A DNA stretch of 32,000 bases, from contig NZ_CAKZNF010000018.1 in the NCBI RefSeq assembly GCF_937129435.1, positions 24,020 to 56,019 on the forward strand, written 5' to 3'. Below the pieces are notes generated by a model. The model did no database searches. It saw only the letters and a list, made by a program, of their open reading frames with translations, and was not told the DNA's origin. The stretch's first letter is position 1. Each line of letters begins with the position of its first letter. The translations under genes and the position numbers were made by a program. This document shows, piece by piece, positions 23,265 to 31,897 of the stretch. The DNA comes from an uncultured Parasphingopyxis sp. (GTDB taxonomy: Bacteria > Pseudomonadota > Alphaproteobacteria > Sphingomonadales > Sphingomonadaceae).

Positions 23265-23813
23265 CTATGCGGCTTTCTGCATGCTTCCTTCGCGCAGCCA
23301 GTTCAGCACGGTTTCCGGCGCGGTTTCGCCATAGGGATCGTCATCGGAGCCGACATCGTTGATGCCCGGTTCCTCGAACCAGCCGGTGATCTTGCCGTCC
23401 TCGACGACCATGGCATAGCGCCACGAACGATCACCGAAGCCGAGATGGTTCTTCTTGATGAGCATGCCCATGCGGCGGGTGAAATCGCCCGAACCGTCCG
23501 GCAGCATCTTCACCTTCTCGATGCCGAGAAACCTGGCCCATTGATACATGACGAAGGCGTCGTTGACCGAGGCGCAATAGACCTCGTCAACGCCTTCGGC
23601 CTTGAAGTCGTCATAGTGACGCTCGAAGCCCGGTGCCTGCTCGTTGGTGCAGGTCGGCGTGAACGCGCCCGGAAGCGAGAAGACGACGACGCGCTTTCCG
23701 GCAAACAGGTCTTTCGTCTCGACCTCTTCCCAGCGGAACGGATTGTCGCCGCTCAGGCTTTCGTCGCGGGTGCGGGTTTTCAGGGTGACGTGAGGGATTT
23801 CACGACCGATCAT
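23265..23813 (-). CDS. Peroxiredoxin, Prx5 subfamily
   Basis: 182 aa. AAGGAGA RBS and the peroxidatic Cys motif FSLPGAFTPTCT. Overall Prx5-type layout. Confidence 0.9.
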   Translation of the reverse strand: MIGREIPHVTLKTRTRDESLSGDNPFRWEEVETKDLFAGKRVVVFSLPGAFTPTCTNEQAPGFERHYDDFKAEGVDEVYCASVNDAFVMYQWARFLGIEKVKMLPDGSGDFTRRMGMLIKKNHLGFGDRSWRYAMVVEDGKITGWFEEPGINDVGSDDDPYGETAPETVLNWLREGSMQKAA

Positions 23814-23846
23814 AAGATTGTCTCCTTGTTAATCGACGGTTTCGAT

Positions 23847-23861
23847 TTGTGCAACGCACAA
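23847..23861. promoter_or_regulatory. Perfect palindrome TTGTGC-AAC-GCACAA in the peroxiredoxin promoter region (candidate regulator site)
   Basis: 6-3-6 palindrome 34-48 nt upstream of the peroxiredoxin ATG in an AT-rich intergenic region. Confidence 0.3.
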
Positions 23862-23944
23862 TAATGCATTCTGTCCATTAAGGCAAAGTGAGTTGGTCGT
23901 TTTTCGTGATCGGAAATCCCGATCAACGCTGCAATGCAGCAAGG

Positions 23945-24700
23945 TCATTCGGCCGGTTGGGCGACGCCTTTCACGAATCGTTCGACATGCGGATTACCGC
24001 AATCTTCGAGCGTGTCGACCGGCCCCGTCCAGATGATCTCGCCCTCGTAGAGCATCGCCACGCGGTGCGCGACACGGCGGGCCGATTTCATGTCGTGGGT
24101 GATCGTCACTGCCGTCACGCCGAGATCCTCGACCAGCTCGACGATCAGGTCGTTGATCACGCTGGCGCGGATGGGATCGAGCCCCGTGGTCGGCTCGTCG
24201 AAGAAGATGATCTCGGGGCGCGGCGCGATGGCGCGGGCGAGCGCGACTCGCTTCTGCATCCCGCCCGACAGCTCGGCCGGATAGAGATCGAGCACATCGC
24301 CGCCCAGATTGACGCGTTCGAGATTTTCGCGCGCGATATCGCGCATCTCGCGCTTCCGCAGCATACGTCCCTGTGTCAGCGAGAAGGTGACATTGCGCCA
24401 GACGGGCAGCGAATCGAACAGCGCGCCGCCCTGAAACAGCATGCCGAATTTCGTGCGGATCCGTTCGCGGTCGGCGGCGCGCATCGCGGTCATGTCCTCG
24501 CCATCGACACGGATCGTTCCGGCATCGGGTTCGACCAGCCCGAGAATGCATTTGAGCATCACCGACTTGCCCGACCCCGAACCGCCGATGATGGCAAGCG
24601 ATTCGCCCGGTGCGACGGAGAGCGTGACATCGCGCAGCACCTGATTGCTGCCGAACCGCTTGGCGACATGGTCGAGCGCGAGCTTGGGCGTCTCCGCCAT
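23945..24700 (-). CDS. mlaF: ABC transporter ATP-binding protein, MlaF-like
   Basis: Internal ATG 24698-24700 overlaps the mlaE stop (TGATG). MAETPKLALDHVAKRFGSNQVLRDV..., Walker A GGSGSGKS, signature LSGGMQKRVALARA, Walker B IIFFDEPTTGLD. The track ORF to 25000 is an out-of-frame N-terminal extension into mlaE. Confidence 0.9.
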   Translation of the reverse strand: MAETPKLALDHVAKRFGSNQVLRDVTLSVAPGESLAIIGGSGSGKSVMLKCILGLVEPDAGTIRVDGEDMTAMRAADRERIRTKFGMLFQGGALFDSLPVWRNVTFSLTQGRMLRKREMRDIARENLERVNLGGDVLDLYPAELSGGMQKRVALARAIAPRPEIIFFDEPTTGLDPIRASVINDLIVELVEDLGVTAVTITHDMKSARRVAHRVAMLYEGEIIWTGPVDTLEDCGNPHVERFVKGVAQPAE

Positions 24701-25500
24701 CAGCCGAACGCCGCCACGGTGAGCACGAGGTTGGCGGCAAGGATCGTCACAAAGGCGGCGACCACCGCGTTGGTCGTCGCCCGCCCGACGCCCGCCGCGC
24801 CGCCGCTGGCGCTGAGCCCGGCATAGCAACCCGACAGCGCGATGAAGAAACCGAAGACCGCCGCCTTGACCAGCGACATGACGATATCGTCCGCCTCCAG
24901 AATGTCCGCCGTCATGCTCAGATAATTGGCCGGGTTGAAGCCGAGCTTCGCCGTCGAGAGCAGATAGCCACCGAAGATCCCGAGAATGTTCGCGAGGCAA
25001 ACCAGCAGCGGCATCGCGATGATCGCGGCAAACAGGCGCGGCGCGATCAGATAGCGATAGGGATCGGTACGCAGCGTCCGCATCGCGTCGATCTGTTCGG
25101 TCACACGCATCGTGCCGAGTTCGGCGGCCATCGCGCTCGACACCCGCCCCGCCACCATCAGACCGGTGAGCACCGGCCCCAGTTCGCGGACCATGCCGAT
25201 GACGACCACGGCGGGGACAGTCGATTGCGCGTTAAAGCGCGACCCGCCGGTGTAAATCTGCTGCGCCAGCGCGGCGCCCGTAAAGATCGCAGTCAGCGCG
25301 ACAACGGGGATCGAAAGCCAGCCGATCTGGAAGAATTGCTCGATCAGCCGCGTGGGATAGTAAGGCGGCGTCAGGCCGCGTCTGATCGTGCGCCCGGCGA
25401 AGATAGCCGCGCTGCCGACCCCGGCAAAGCCGTTGACGACCGGCCGGCCGATCGCCGCCAGCGCCGTCACGACCGTATTCTGTGTCCCGCTCTCGCTCAT
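24700..25500 (-). CDS. mlaE: ABC transporter permease, MlaE family
   Basis: 266 aa. ...GMVRELGPVLTGLMVAGRVSSAMAAELGTMRVTEQIDAMRTL... is the MlaE signature region. Its start overlaps the alr stop (ATGA). Confidence 0.9.
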   Translation of the reverse strand: MSESGTQNTVVTALAAIGRPVVNGFAGVGSAAIFAGRTIRRGLTPPYYPTRLIEQFFQIGWLSIPVVALTAIFTGAALAQQIYTGGSRFNAQSTVPAVVVIGMVRELGPVLTGLMVAGRVSSAMAAELGTMRVTEQIDAMRTLRTDPYRYLIAPRLFAAIIAMPLLVCLANILGIFGGYLLSTAKLGFNPANYLSMTADILEADDIVMSLVKAAVFGFFIALSGCYAGLSASGGAAGVGRATTNAVVAAFVTILAANLVLTVAAFG

Positions 25501-26546
25501 ATCCAGAGGCGCTGATAGCGGCGGCCCAGCCCGGTAAGCAACTCATATTGCGAAAGACCCGATTGCGCGGCAGCCGTCGGCAGGTCGTAATCGACGGCGA
25601 TCCAGTCGCCCTCGGCGACCTGCGGACAGGCATCGACCGACACGGCGATCAGGTCCATCGAGACGCGGCCGACCACGGGGCACTCGACCTCACCGAAGTG
25701 CGCCATGCCGCTTCCCGAAAAGCCGCGCAGATAGCCGTCGGCATAGCCGATATGGAGGATCGCGAGCTCGGTGTTCGCGGGCGCCCGGAAGGTCGCGCCA
25801 TAGCCCACGGTTTCGCCCGCCTTGGCCGTGCGCCGCTGGATCACCTCGGCCTCGACAGCCACGACGGACGCGATCTCGTTTTCCAGCCTCGGCACCTGAA
25901 TGCCGCCATAGAGCGACAGGCCGGGCCGCGTCAGGCCGAAGGCATAATCGCCGCCCAGCGCCACGCCGGCCGAATTGGCGAGGCTCAAGCGCTTAGCCGA
26001 TGCCCGTTCGCCGATCCAGGCCAATGCCTCGCGCTGCTGCCGGTTCAGCGGATGGGACGGCTCGTCCGAACAGGCGAGATGGCTCATGAGTGTGTGTACG
26101 TTGAGGCCCTTCAGGATGCCCCCCGACACCTGTTCGGGCGTCAGGCCGAGCCGGTTCATGCCGGTATCGACCATCACGTCGCAGGGCGCGCCGCCCATTT
26201 GCTGCCAGCGCTGCACCTGTTCGGGCGAGTTGAGGCAGGGCCGCGCATGACCCGCCTTCGCCGTCGGCATATCCGCCGCGCGCACGCCGTGAAAGACCGT
26301 CAGCGACAGCCCCTCGGTCATCTCCGCGATCTCGAGCGCTTCGGCCCATGTCGCGACGAAGAAATCGCGGCACCCGGCATCGATCAGCCGCGGCACGACC
26401 TGCGTCACGCCGAGCCCATAGCCGTCCGCCTTCACCGCCGCACCACAGGCCGCATCGCCCGACAGCCGGTCGAGCGCGCGCCAGTTCCGCGCCAGCGCAT
26501 CGCCGTCGAGCCGGAGCCGCAGGGGAGCCTCCAGAATCGCCATCAC
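25497..26546 (-). CDS. alr: Alanine racemase
   Basis: 349 aa. PLP-Lys motif AAVKADGYGLG, GRVSMDLIAV, and C-terminal YELLTGLGRRYQRLWI. Confidence 0.9.
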   Translation of the reverse strand: MMAILEAPLRLRLDGDALARNWRALDRLSGDAACGAAVKADGYGLGVTQVVPRLIDAGCRDFFVATWAEALEIAEMTEGLSLTVFHGVRAADMPTAKAGHARPCLNSPEQVQRWQQMGGAPCDVMVDTGMNRLGLTPEQVSGGILKGLNVHTLMSHLACSDEPSHPLNRQQREALAWIGERASAKRLSLANSAGVALGGDYAFGLTRPGLSLYGGIQVPRLENEIASVVAVEAEVIQRRTAKAGETVGYGATFRAPANTELAILHIGYADGYLRGFSGSGMAHFGEVECPVVGRVSMDLIAVSVDACPQVAEGDWIAVDYDLPTAAAQSGLSQYELLTGLGRRYQRLWI

Positions 26547-27289
26547 GCCGCGCCACCGTCTGCGAGCAGCGACCGATAGCTATGCTCGTCGAACAGCTCT
26601 TCGGCATAGGCCGTATCGGCATCGCTGAAATAATCGCGCCACCCGCCAACGACTCCGCGCCGGACCTTGTAGCTGTCCGGATCGGCCGGATCGCGCGGCC
26701 GCAGCCCGGCCCCATAGAGGCGTTGTCCTTCACCTGAACGTTCGACGCGGCGCATGTTGTCGTATTTACCGGCCTCGACCGCCGCCTCGACCGCCGCCTC
26801 GTCGGAATCGCGCTCGAGCACGAAGCGCGCCGCGCGCGCAAACTCCTCGTGCGCATCCCGGCGCATTCGCTCGTAGCGGATCACTTCAAAGTCGGAGATC
26901 GTCTCGCCGGCGCGCGACCAGAGCAGGTTGAAGCGGATGATCTTTTCCAGACCGTGCAACGGATCGCGCAGAAAGGCCGCCATGTCGCCTTCGTAGAATC
27001 GCTTGCGGCGGGTCGCCTGAAAAAAACCGGAAACCGCCGTGTCGCGCGGATCGCGCAGCAGGAAGAGGACGCGGCAAGCGCGATAGACGGCGGGGCCGCA
27101 CAAGACGGCCTCGAAGGGCTGTTTCGCGATATGCGCGGCACCGCCATGGCTGACATGGAAATCGGCGCCCAGTTGATCGAGCATGTAGCGCACCCAGGTG
27201 CGGCCCGATTTGGGGAAGGCGAGCAGCACCGCAGCGCCGGGCGGCGGCGGCGGTTCGTGCTGCCGGATATAGATGTCGCTCGAAGACAT
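26543..27289 (-). CDS. Sulfotransferase domain protein
   Basis: 248 aa. PAPS 5'-phosphosulfate loop FPKSGRTW, 3'-phosphate motif LLRDPRDTAVS, and C-terminal RRGVVGGWRDYFS. Its stop overlaps the alr start by 4 nt. Confidence 0.8.
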   Translation of the reverse strand: MSSSDIYIRQHEPPPPPGAAVLLAFPKSGRTWVRYMLDQLGADFHVSHGGAAHIAKQPFEAVLCGPAVYRACRVLFLLRDPRDTAVSGFFQATRRKRFYEGDMAAFLRDPLHGLEKIIRFNLLWSRAGETISDFEVIRYERMRRDAHEEFARAARFVLERDSDEAAVEAAVEAGKYDNMRRVERSGEGQRLYGAGLRPRDPADPDSYKVRRGVVGGWRDYFSDADTAYAEELFDEHSYRSLLADGGAA

Positions 27290-27345
27290 CGCGCGGCCTT
27301 AGCCAAAACTCCCGGTCTTGGGGAGGCTTGTCTGATGGTCCGGAT

Positions 27346-28986
27346 CTATGGCTGCTCTTCGAAATCGGTCGGCAGACCGCCCGGGATGCCCCACCAGGCG
27401 ACGACCACGCCGAACGCCACGACGGCCCAAGTGTACCAGAGCCCGGCATAGAGATCGCCCGTCCGCGCCACGATATAGCCGGCGATCAGCGGCAGAAACC
27501 CGCCGAGATAGCCTGCGCCGACATGATAGGGGATCGACATCGAGCTGTAGCGGATTTTTGCCGGAAACATCTCGGCAAGCAGCGCGGCAACCGAGCCGTA
27601 GGTCAGCGCCGAGAGGACGCCCATGACGAGGAGCAACGCGAAAATCCCGACAATCGCACCCGCAGAAAGCTGCTGCGGCGTGAAATCGAAGCCGTAGGAT
27701 CCGAGCGCGGCCTGGATGCCCTCGCGCCGGGCTATGCCGTCCTCCATCCATTCGGGCGCGATCGCGATCGACTCGCCACCGACGGTCAGCGAAACCGCGT
27801 CAGCCGCCTGAACGTCGTATCGCACGCCGCTCGCCGTCAGCGTTTCGAGCAGCTTGCCGCAATCGCTCTGCGCGCTGCCATAGAGTTCGGCGAAGGGATC
27901 AGTCGTGCATTCCGGGCCCGCGACGACGACCGGGTTCTCCGCTGCCGCCCGTGCCAGCCCCGGATTGGCAAGACTCCCCATCGCCCAGAAGACCGGGAAG
28001 AGCAGCGCCAGCGCCGCGATCGCGCCGATGATGATCGGCTTCTTGCGCCCCACCCGGTCCGACCATTTGCCGACGATGACGTAGAAACTCATCGAGACGA
28101 AGCCGGCGGCGAACAGGATCAGCTCGACCGTCAACTCGTCCACCCGCATCGGCCCGCGCAGGAAGGACAGGCCGGAAAAGAACGCGGTGTACCAGATTGT
28201 CGTCAGCACGCCGGTGATCCCGAACAGCGCCACGAAGATGCGGCGCTTGTTGCCGGGATAGCTGAAGCTTTCGGCGAAGGGATTGGCCGCCGTCTCGCCC
28301 GCTTCCTTCATCGCCTGGAAGACCGGGCTTTCCGAGAGCTTCAAGCGCATCCAGAGCGAAATGCCGAGCAGGATGATCGAGAGCAGGAACGGGATTCGCC
28401 AGCCCCAGGCGGCGAAATCGTCGGCCGGGATCAGGAAGCGGCAGGCCAGCACGACGGCGATCGACAGCACGAACCCGCCGACGACGCTCGCCTGGATGAA
28501 GCTGGTGTAGAAACCGCGCTTTTCGGGCGGCGCATGCTCGGCGACATAGATCGCCGCCCCGCCATATTCGCCGCCCAGCGCCAGCCCCTGAAGGATACGC
28601 AGCCCGATGACGATGATCGGCGCGGCCAGCCCGATCGAGGCGGCCGAGGGAATCATGCCGACCCCGGCCGTCGCGATGCCCATCAGCGTGACCGTCACGA
28701 GAAAGGTGTATTTGCGCCCCAGCCGGTCGCCGAGAAAGCCGAACAGGATCGCGCCCAACGGCCGGAAGCCGAAGCCCACGGCGAACCCCGCCCAGACGAG
28801 CAGCAATTGAAGCGTCTCGTTCCCCGCCGGGAAGAACGCCGCCCCGATCAGCGCGGCGAGCGTGCCGTAGATGAAGAAGTCATACCATTCGAACACCGTG
28901 CCTGCCGAGGACGCGGCGATGACAAGCCGGATTTCCTTGGGCGTCGGTTCGCGCATGGCGGCGCCCGATATTGCTGTTTCGGCCAT
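27346..28986 (-). CDS. MFS transporter, metabolite:H+ symporter (MHS/ProP-like) family, with an about 100-aa insertion between TM9 and TM10
   Basis: 546 aa. GGGAGGAGG RBS. MHS motifs FEWYDFFIYG and GFLGDRLGRKYTF, with 12 predicted TM segments. Confidence 0.9.
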   Translation of the reverse strand: MAETAISGAAMREPTPKEIRLVIAASSAGTVFEWYDFFIYGTLAALIGAAFFPAGNETLQLLLVWAGFAVGFGFRPLGAILFGFLGDRLGRKYTFLVTVTLMGIATAGVGMIPSAASIGLAAPIIVIGLRILQGLALGGEYGGAAIYVAEHAPPEKRGFYTSFIQASVVGGFVLSIAVVLACRFLIPADDFAAWGWRIPFLLSIILLGISLWMRLKLSESPVFQAMKEAGETAANPFAESFSYPGNKRRIFVALFGITGVLTTIWYTAFFSGLSFLRGPMRVDELTVELILFAAGFVSMSFYVIVGKWSDRVGRKKPIIIGAIAALALLFPVFWAMGSLANPGLARAAAENPVVVAGPECTTDPFAELYGSAQSDCGKLLETLTASGVRYDVQAADAVSLTVGGESIAIAPEWMEDGIARREGIQAALGSYGFDFTPQQLSAGAIVGIFALLLVMGVLSALTYGSVAALLAEMFPAKIRYSSMSIPYHVGAGYLGGFLPLIAGYIVARTGDLYAGLWYTWAVVAFGVVVAWWGIPGGLPTDFEEQP

Positions 28987-29037
28987 GCGGCCTCCTCCCT
29001 CTCTTTCGCGCTTTTAGGGATGGATTGGCGCGCTGCG

Positions 29038-29170
29038 CAATCCTCCCCGGCACGGGGAGGGGGACCGCCGAAGGCGGTGGAGGGGCACCCGCCAATAGCG
29101 ATGCGCTTGTGGATGGTGCCCCTCCACCATGCTCTGCATGGTTCCCCTCCCCGTGCCGGGGAGGAATCCG
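29038..29170. repeat. Composite nested-palindrome element (family C) in the divergent MFS/S9-peptidase intergenic region
   Basis: Outer arms CCTCCCCGGCACGGGGAGGGG (29042-29062) and CCCCTCCCCGTGCCGGGGAGG (29144-29164). Inner perfect 14-bp arms GGTGGAGGGGCACC (29077-29090) and GGTGCCCCTCCACC (29116-29129). Each outer arm also folds on itself (CCTCCCC/GGGGAGG). Extra mini-hairpins CCGCC-gaa-GGCGG and ACCATGC-tct-GCATGGT. Confidence 0.8.
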
Positions 29171-29236
29171 GATCCCCCTTCCCTCGCGCTTCGCCTCGCG
29201 CCATATTCGCGCCACGCACATCGAAGGGGTCCGCAC

Positions 29237-31171
29237 ATGTTTCGCATCGCCGCAACACTCTCGCTCACCGCCGTTCTGTCGCTGGCCGCCGTGCCGCTCG
29301 CCGCCCAACAGGTCGAGGAGCGCACCGTCGGCAGCGCAACGCTGCAGAACGTCCCCGCCATCCCCGCCGAGATCGAGGAAGCGGTTCAGCGCTACCAGAA
29401 TTATCGCAGCGCGCAGTTCGAGGACTGGCTCGAGGACGGCACAATGCTGATCACGACCCGCTTCGGCACGACGAGCCAGGTGCATCTCGTCGCCGAACCC
29501 TATGGCCAGCGCAGCCAGCTGACCTTTTTCGCCGAACCCGTCACCGGTGCGACGGCCGAACCCGGGCATCAGCGCTTCGCGCTCAACCGCGATACCGGCG
29601 GAGACGAATGGTATCAGATCGATCTGATGCCGGTGGGCGGCACGCCCGTGCGCTTTACCGAGCCCACGACACGGAACACGGCGCCCGTCTTCTCATCGGA
29701 CGGCGGCATGATGGTCTGGTCGTCGACCGGTCGCGAAGGCCGCTATACGATCTACGCCGCCGATCCGGCCGATCCCGCGAGCCGGCGCGAGATCGCGGTG
29801 TTCGACACGCCGATGTTCCCGGCCGATATCTCGGCGGACGGCGCCACGGTGATCCTGCAAAACTATGTGTCGAACAGCAACGCCACGATCCACCTGCTCG
29901 ACATCGCTTCGGGCGAGGCGCCACGGATCTCGCCCGATGGCGAAGGCACCGACGAACAGCCGCAATTCGCGCGAAACGACACCGCGATCCTGGCCATCAC
30001 CAACCGCACGAGCGATACGCGGCGGCTCGTCGAATATGCCCGCGACGGCGGCGGGATGACCATGGTGTCGCCGGAAAGCGAATGGGATGTCGAAACGTTC
30101 GACCTCAGCCACGATGGCCGCATCCTCGCCTGGTCGACCAACGAGGACGGCTATTCGCGGGTCCGCGTGACCGATTTCGTGACGCGCCGCGCCCTGCCGC
30201 AACCCGAACTGCCCGACGGCGTCCTCACCGCGCTCGATTTCGCGCCCGACAATGCACGGCTCGCGATCGGGCTGGAGAGCGCGACCTCGGCCGGCGACGT
30301 CTGGGTCTGGGGCGCTACATCGGGCGAGCTGGAGCGCTGGACCGAAAGCGAGCGCGGGCCGCTCGACCCTGCCACGCTGGTCGAGCCCGAACTGGTACGC
30401 TTCGAAAGCTTCGATGGCCGCTCGATCCCGGCCTTCGTCTATCGCCCCAATCGCGAGTCCGGCGAAGCGGTGCCGACGCCGGTGATCATCGACATCCATG
30501 GCGGGCCGGAAGCGCAGACCCGGCCCGGCTGGAACCCCGGCGCGCAATATTTCGCCGATACGCTCGGCGCGACGGTGATCCTGCCCAATGTGCGCGGCAG
30601 CGACGGCTATGGCACCGAATATCGCGATCTCGACAACGGCCCGCTGCGCGAAGACAGCGTCCGCGATATCGGCGCGCTGCTCGACTGGATCGCAGCGCAG
30701 CCCGGCCTCGATGAAAGCCGCGTTGCCGTCTACGGCCAGAGCTATGGCGGCTATATGTCGCTCGCCTCGATGATCCACTATTCGGACCGGCTGGTCGGCG
30801 GGGTTGAGCGCTACGGCATCAGCGACTTCCGCACCTTCCTCCAGAACACCGAAAGCTATCGCCGCGACATGCGCCGGGGCGAATATGGCGACGAGCGCGA
30901 CCCCGAAATGGCCGCCGTGTTCGAGAGGATCGCCCCGATGAACAACCTGTCGCGGATTTCGAAACCGATGCTGGTGATGGCCGGCGCCAACGACCCCCGC
31001 GTGCCGCTGTCGGAGAGCGATCAGGTGGTTGAGGGCCTGCGCGAGGCAGGTGTGCCGACCTGGTATGTTGTGTTCGCGGATGAGGGACACGGATTCCGGA
31101 AGAAGCCCAACAACGATTTGCGGCGGGCGGTGGAGACGGTGTTTTTGCGGGAGTTGTTTGACGGCGAATAG
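29237..31171 (+). CDS. S9 family serine peptidase (prolyl oligopeptidase / dipeptidyl aminopeptidase-like), secreted
   Basis: ATG 29237 with a GAAGGGG RBS. Signal peptide MFRIAATLSLTAVLSLAAVPLAAQ, beta-propeller N-terminal half, and catalytic triad contexts GQSYGGY, GANDPRV and ADEGHGF. The track start at 29129 lies inside repeat C. Confidence 0.9.
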   Translation: MFRIAATLSLTAVLSLAAVPLAAQQVEERTVGSATLQNVPAIPAEIEEAVQRYQNYRSAQFEDWLEDGTMLITTRFGTTSQVHLVAEPYGQRSQLTFFAEPVTGATAEPGHQRFALNRDTGGDEWYQIDLMPVGGTPVRFTEPTTRNTAPVFSSDGGMMVWSSTGREGRYTIYAADPADPASRREIAVFDTPMFPADISADGATVILQNYVSNSNATIHLLDIASGEAPRISPDGEGTDEQPQFARNDTAILAITNRTSDTRRLVEYARDGGGMTMVSPESEWDVETFDLSHDGRILAWSTNEDGYSRVRVTDFVTRRALPQPELPDGVLTALDFAPDNARLAIGLESATSAGDVWVWGATSGELERWTESERGPLDPATLVEPELVRFESFDGRSIPAFVYRPNRESGEAVPTPVIIDIHGGPEAQTRPGWNPGAQYFADTLGATVILPNVRGSDGYGTEYRDLDNGPLREDSVRDIGALLDWIAAQPGLDESRVAVYGQSYGGYMSLASMIHYSDRLVGGVERYGISDFRTFLQNTESYRRDMRRGEYGDERDPEMAAVFERIAPMNNLSRISKPMLVMAGANDPRVPLSESDQVVEGLREAGVPTWYVVFADEGHGFRKKPNNDLRRAVETVFLRELFDGE

Positions 31172-31193
31172 ATTTGCGATCGGATAGGCCGAT

Positions 31194-31559
31194 ATGGACG
31201 AGCTGCAATCGAGAGCCGAAGACCTGAAGCGACTTGCTGGACGCAAGCCGACTGACAAGCGATATGACATTATCCAAGGGGCGTTGCAGTCAAAGTGGGA
31301 AGGAGATCAATCGCTTGCGATCCAAGTCCTCGGCCAATGGGGCGGACGGCGAAGCATAGATATCTTGCGTCGTTTTCTCGAGACTTCCTATGAGAAACCC
31401 ATGTCATGGGCCGTGCGAAAAGTGTCGGTTAGAGCGCTTGCCAATACGATAGAGCAAGAGGATGCCGAGTGGATCGAGCGGCTCCACGCATCTCGATCTA
31501 ACAACATCGAAAAATTTGAACTACGCCCCTTGTTGGAGCGATTAAAAGCCATCCAGTGA
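31194..31559 (+). CDS. Hypothetical protein with HEAT-like repeat features, lower G+C
   Basis: 121 aa. ...LAIQVLGQWGGRRSIDILRRFLETS...AVRKVSVRALANTI resembles PBS-lyase/HEAT-like repeats. Codon usage and G+C differ from the flanking core genes. Confidence 0.6.
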   Translation: MDELQSRAEDLKRLAGRKPTDKRYDIIQGALQSKWEGDQSLAIQVLGQWGGRRSIDILRRFLETSYEKPMSWAVRKVSVRALANTIEQEDAEWIERLHASRSNNIEKFELRPLLERLKAIQ

Positions 31560-31592
31560 GCGTTTCACCGATCGCGCGTGAAGCATTTTGAC

Positions 31593-31677
31593 GTCATCGC
31601 GAGCGAAGCGAAGCGATCCAGGGTGTATCGCGACACGCTCTGGATTGCCGCGTCGCCTTCGGCTCCTCGCAATGACG
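31593..31677. repeat. REP/MITE-like imperfect palindromic element, family B, copy 2
   Basis: GTCATCGCGAGCGAAGCGAAGCGATCCAGGGTGT...ACACGCTCTGGATTGCCGCGTCGCCTTCGGCTCCTCGCAATGAC. Same orientation as copy 1, with the right arm identical over 39 nt. Confidence 0.8.
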
Positions 31678-31720
31678 CTAGAAATATTCAGCGTCGCTCA
31701 ATCGGGCAAACATTCGAAGA

Positions 31721-31897
31721 TCATTGGGGCGGTCCCCAAACCGCACCGTAGCAATATGCGCCACCCGCTTCGAACCACTGGCCGCCTGAGTCTATACATG
31801 CCTGACGCAATTGCCCACCACGCCACCACCAACCAGTGGCAACACCAATGAGCAGCGCGACGATACATGCCGCAATCAATTTATACCCGTTTCTCAT
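31721..31897 (-). CDS. Small predicted membrane-anchored protein (58 aa), below the ORF-track cut-off
   Basis: ATG 31895-31897 preceded by GGGAGAAA at 8 nt. MRNGYKLIAACIVALLIGVATGWWWRGGQLRQACIDSGGQWFEAGGAYCYGAVWGPPQ; TGA at 31721-31723. Confidence 0.4.
   Translation of the reverse strand: MRNGYKLIAACIVALLIGVATGWWWRGGQLRQACIDSGGQWFEAGGAYCYGAVWGPPQ

Noticed and set aside
23888-26579. 312-aa and 365-aa + ORFs opposite mlaF/mlaE/alr, and the 351-aa version of mlaF (to 25000)
   Set aside because: They are antisense shadows. The long mlaF form runs out of frame through mlaE, and the real start is the ATG overlapping the mlaE stop.
27328-30714. 1128-aa + ORF, the longest in the window
   Set aside because: It runs antisense through the MFS gene, across the family C repeat, and out of frame through the S9 peptidase. 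The sequence is extremely Arg-rich with no domain signatures.
29693-31270. 525-aa minus ORF opposite the S9 peptidase
   Set aside because: Antisense shadow. The catalytic triad motifs are on the plus strand.
8401-31677. Possibility that the recurring repeats form a CRISPR array
   Set aside because: The copies are palindromic, belong to five unrelated families, are kilobases apart and have no regular spacer periodicity. No cas genes are present.
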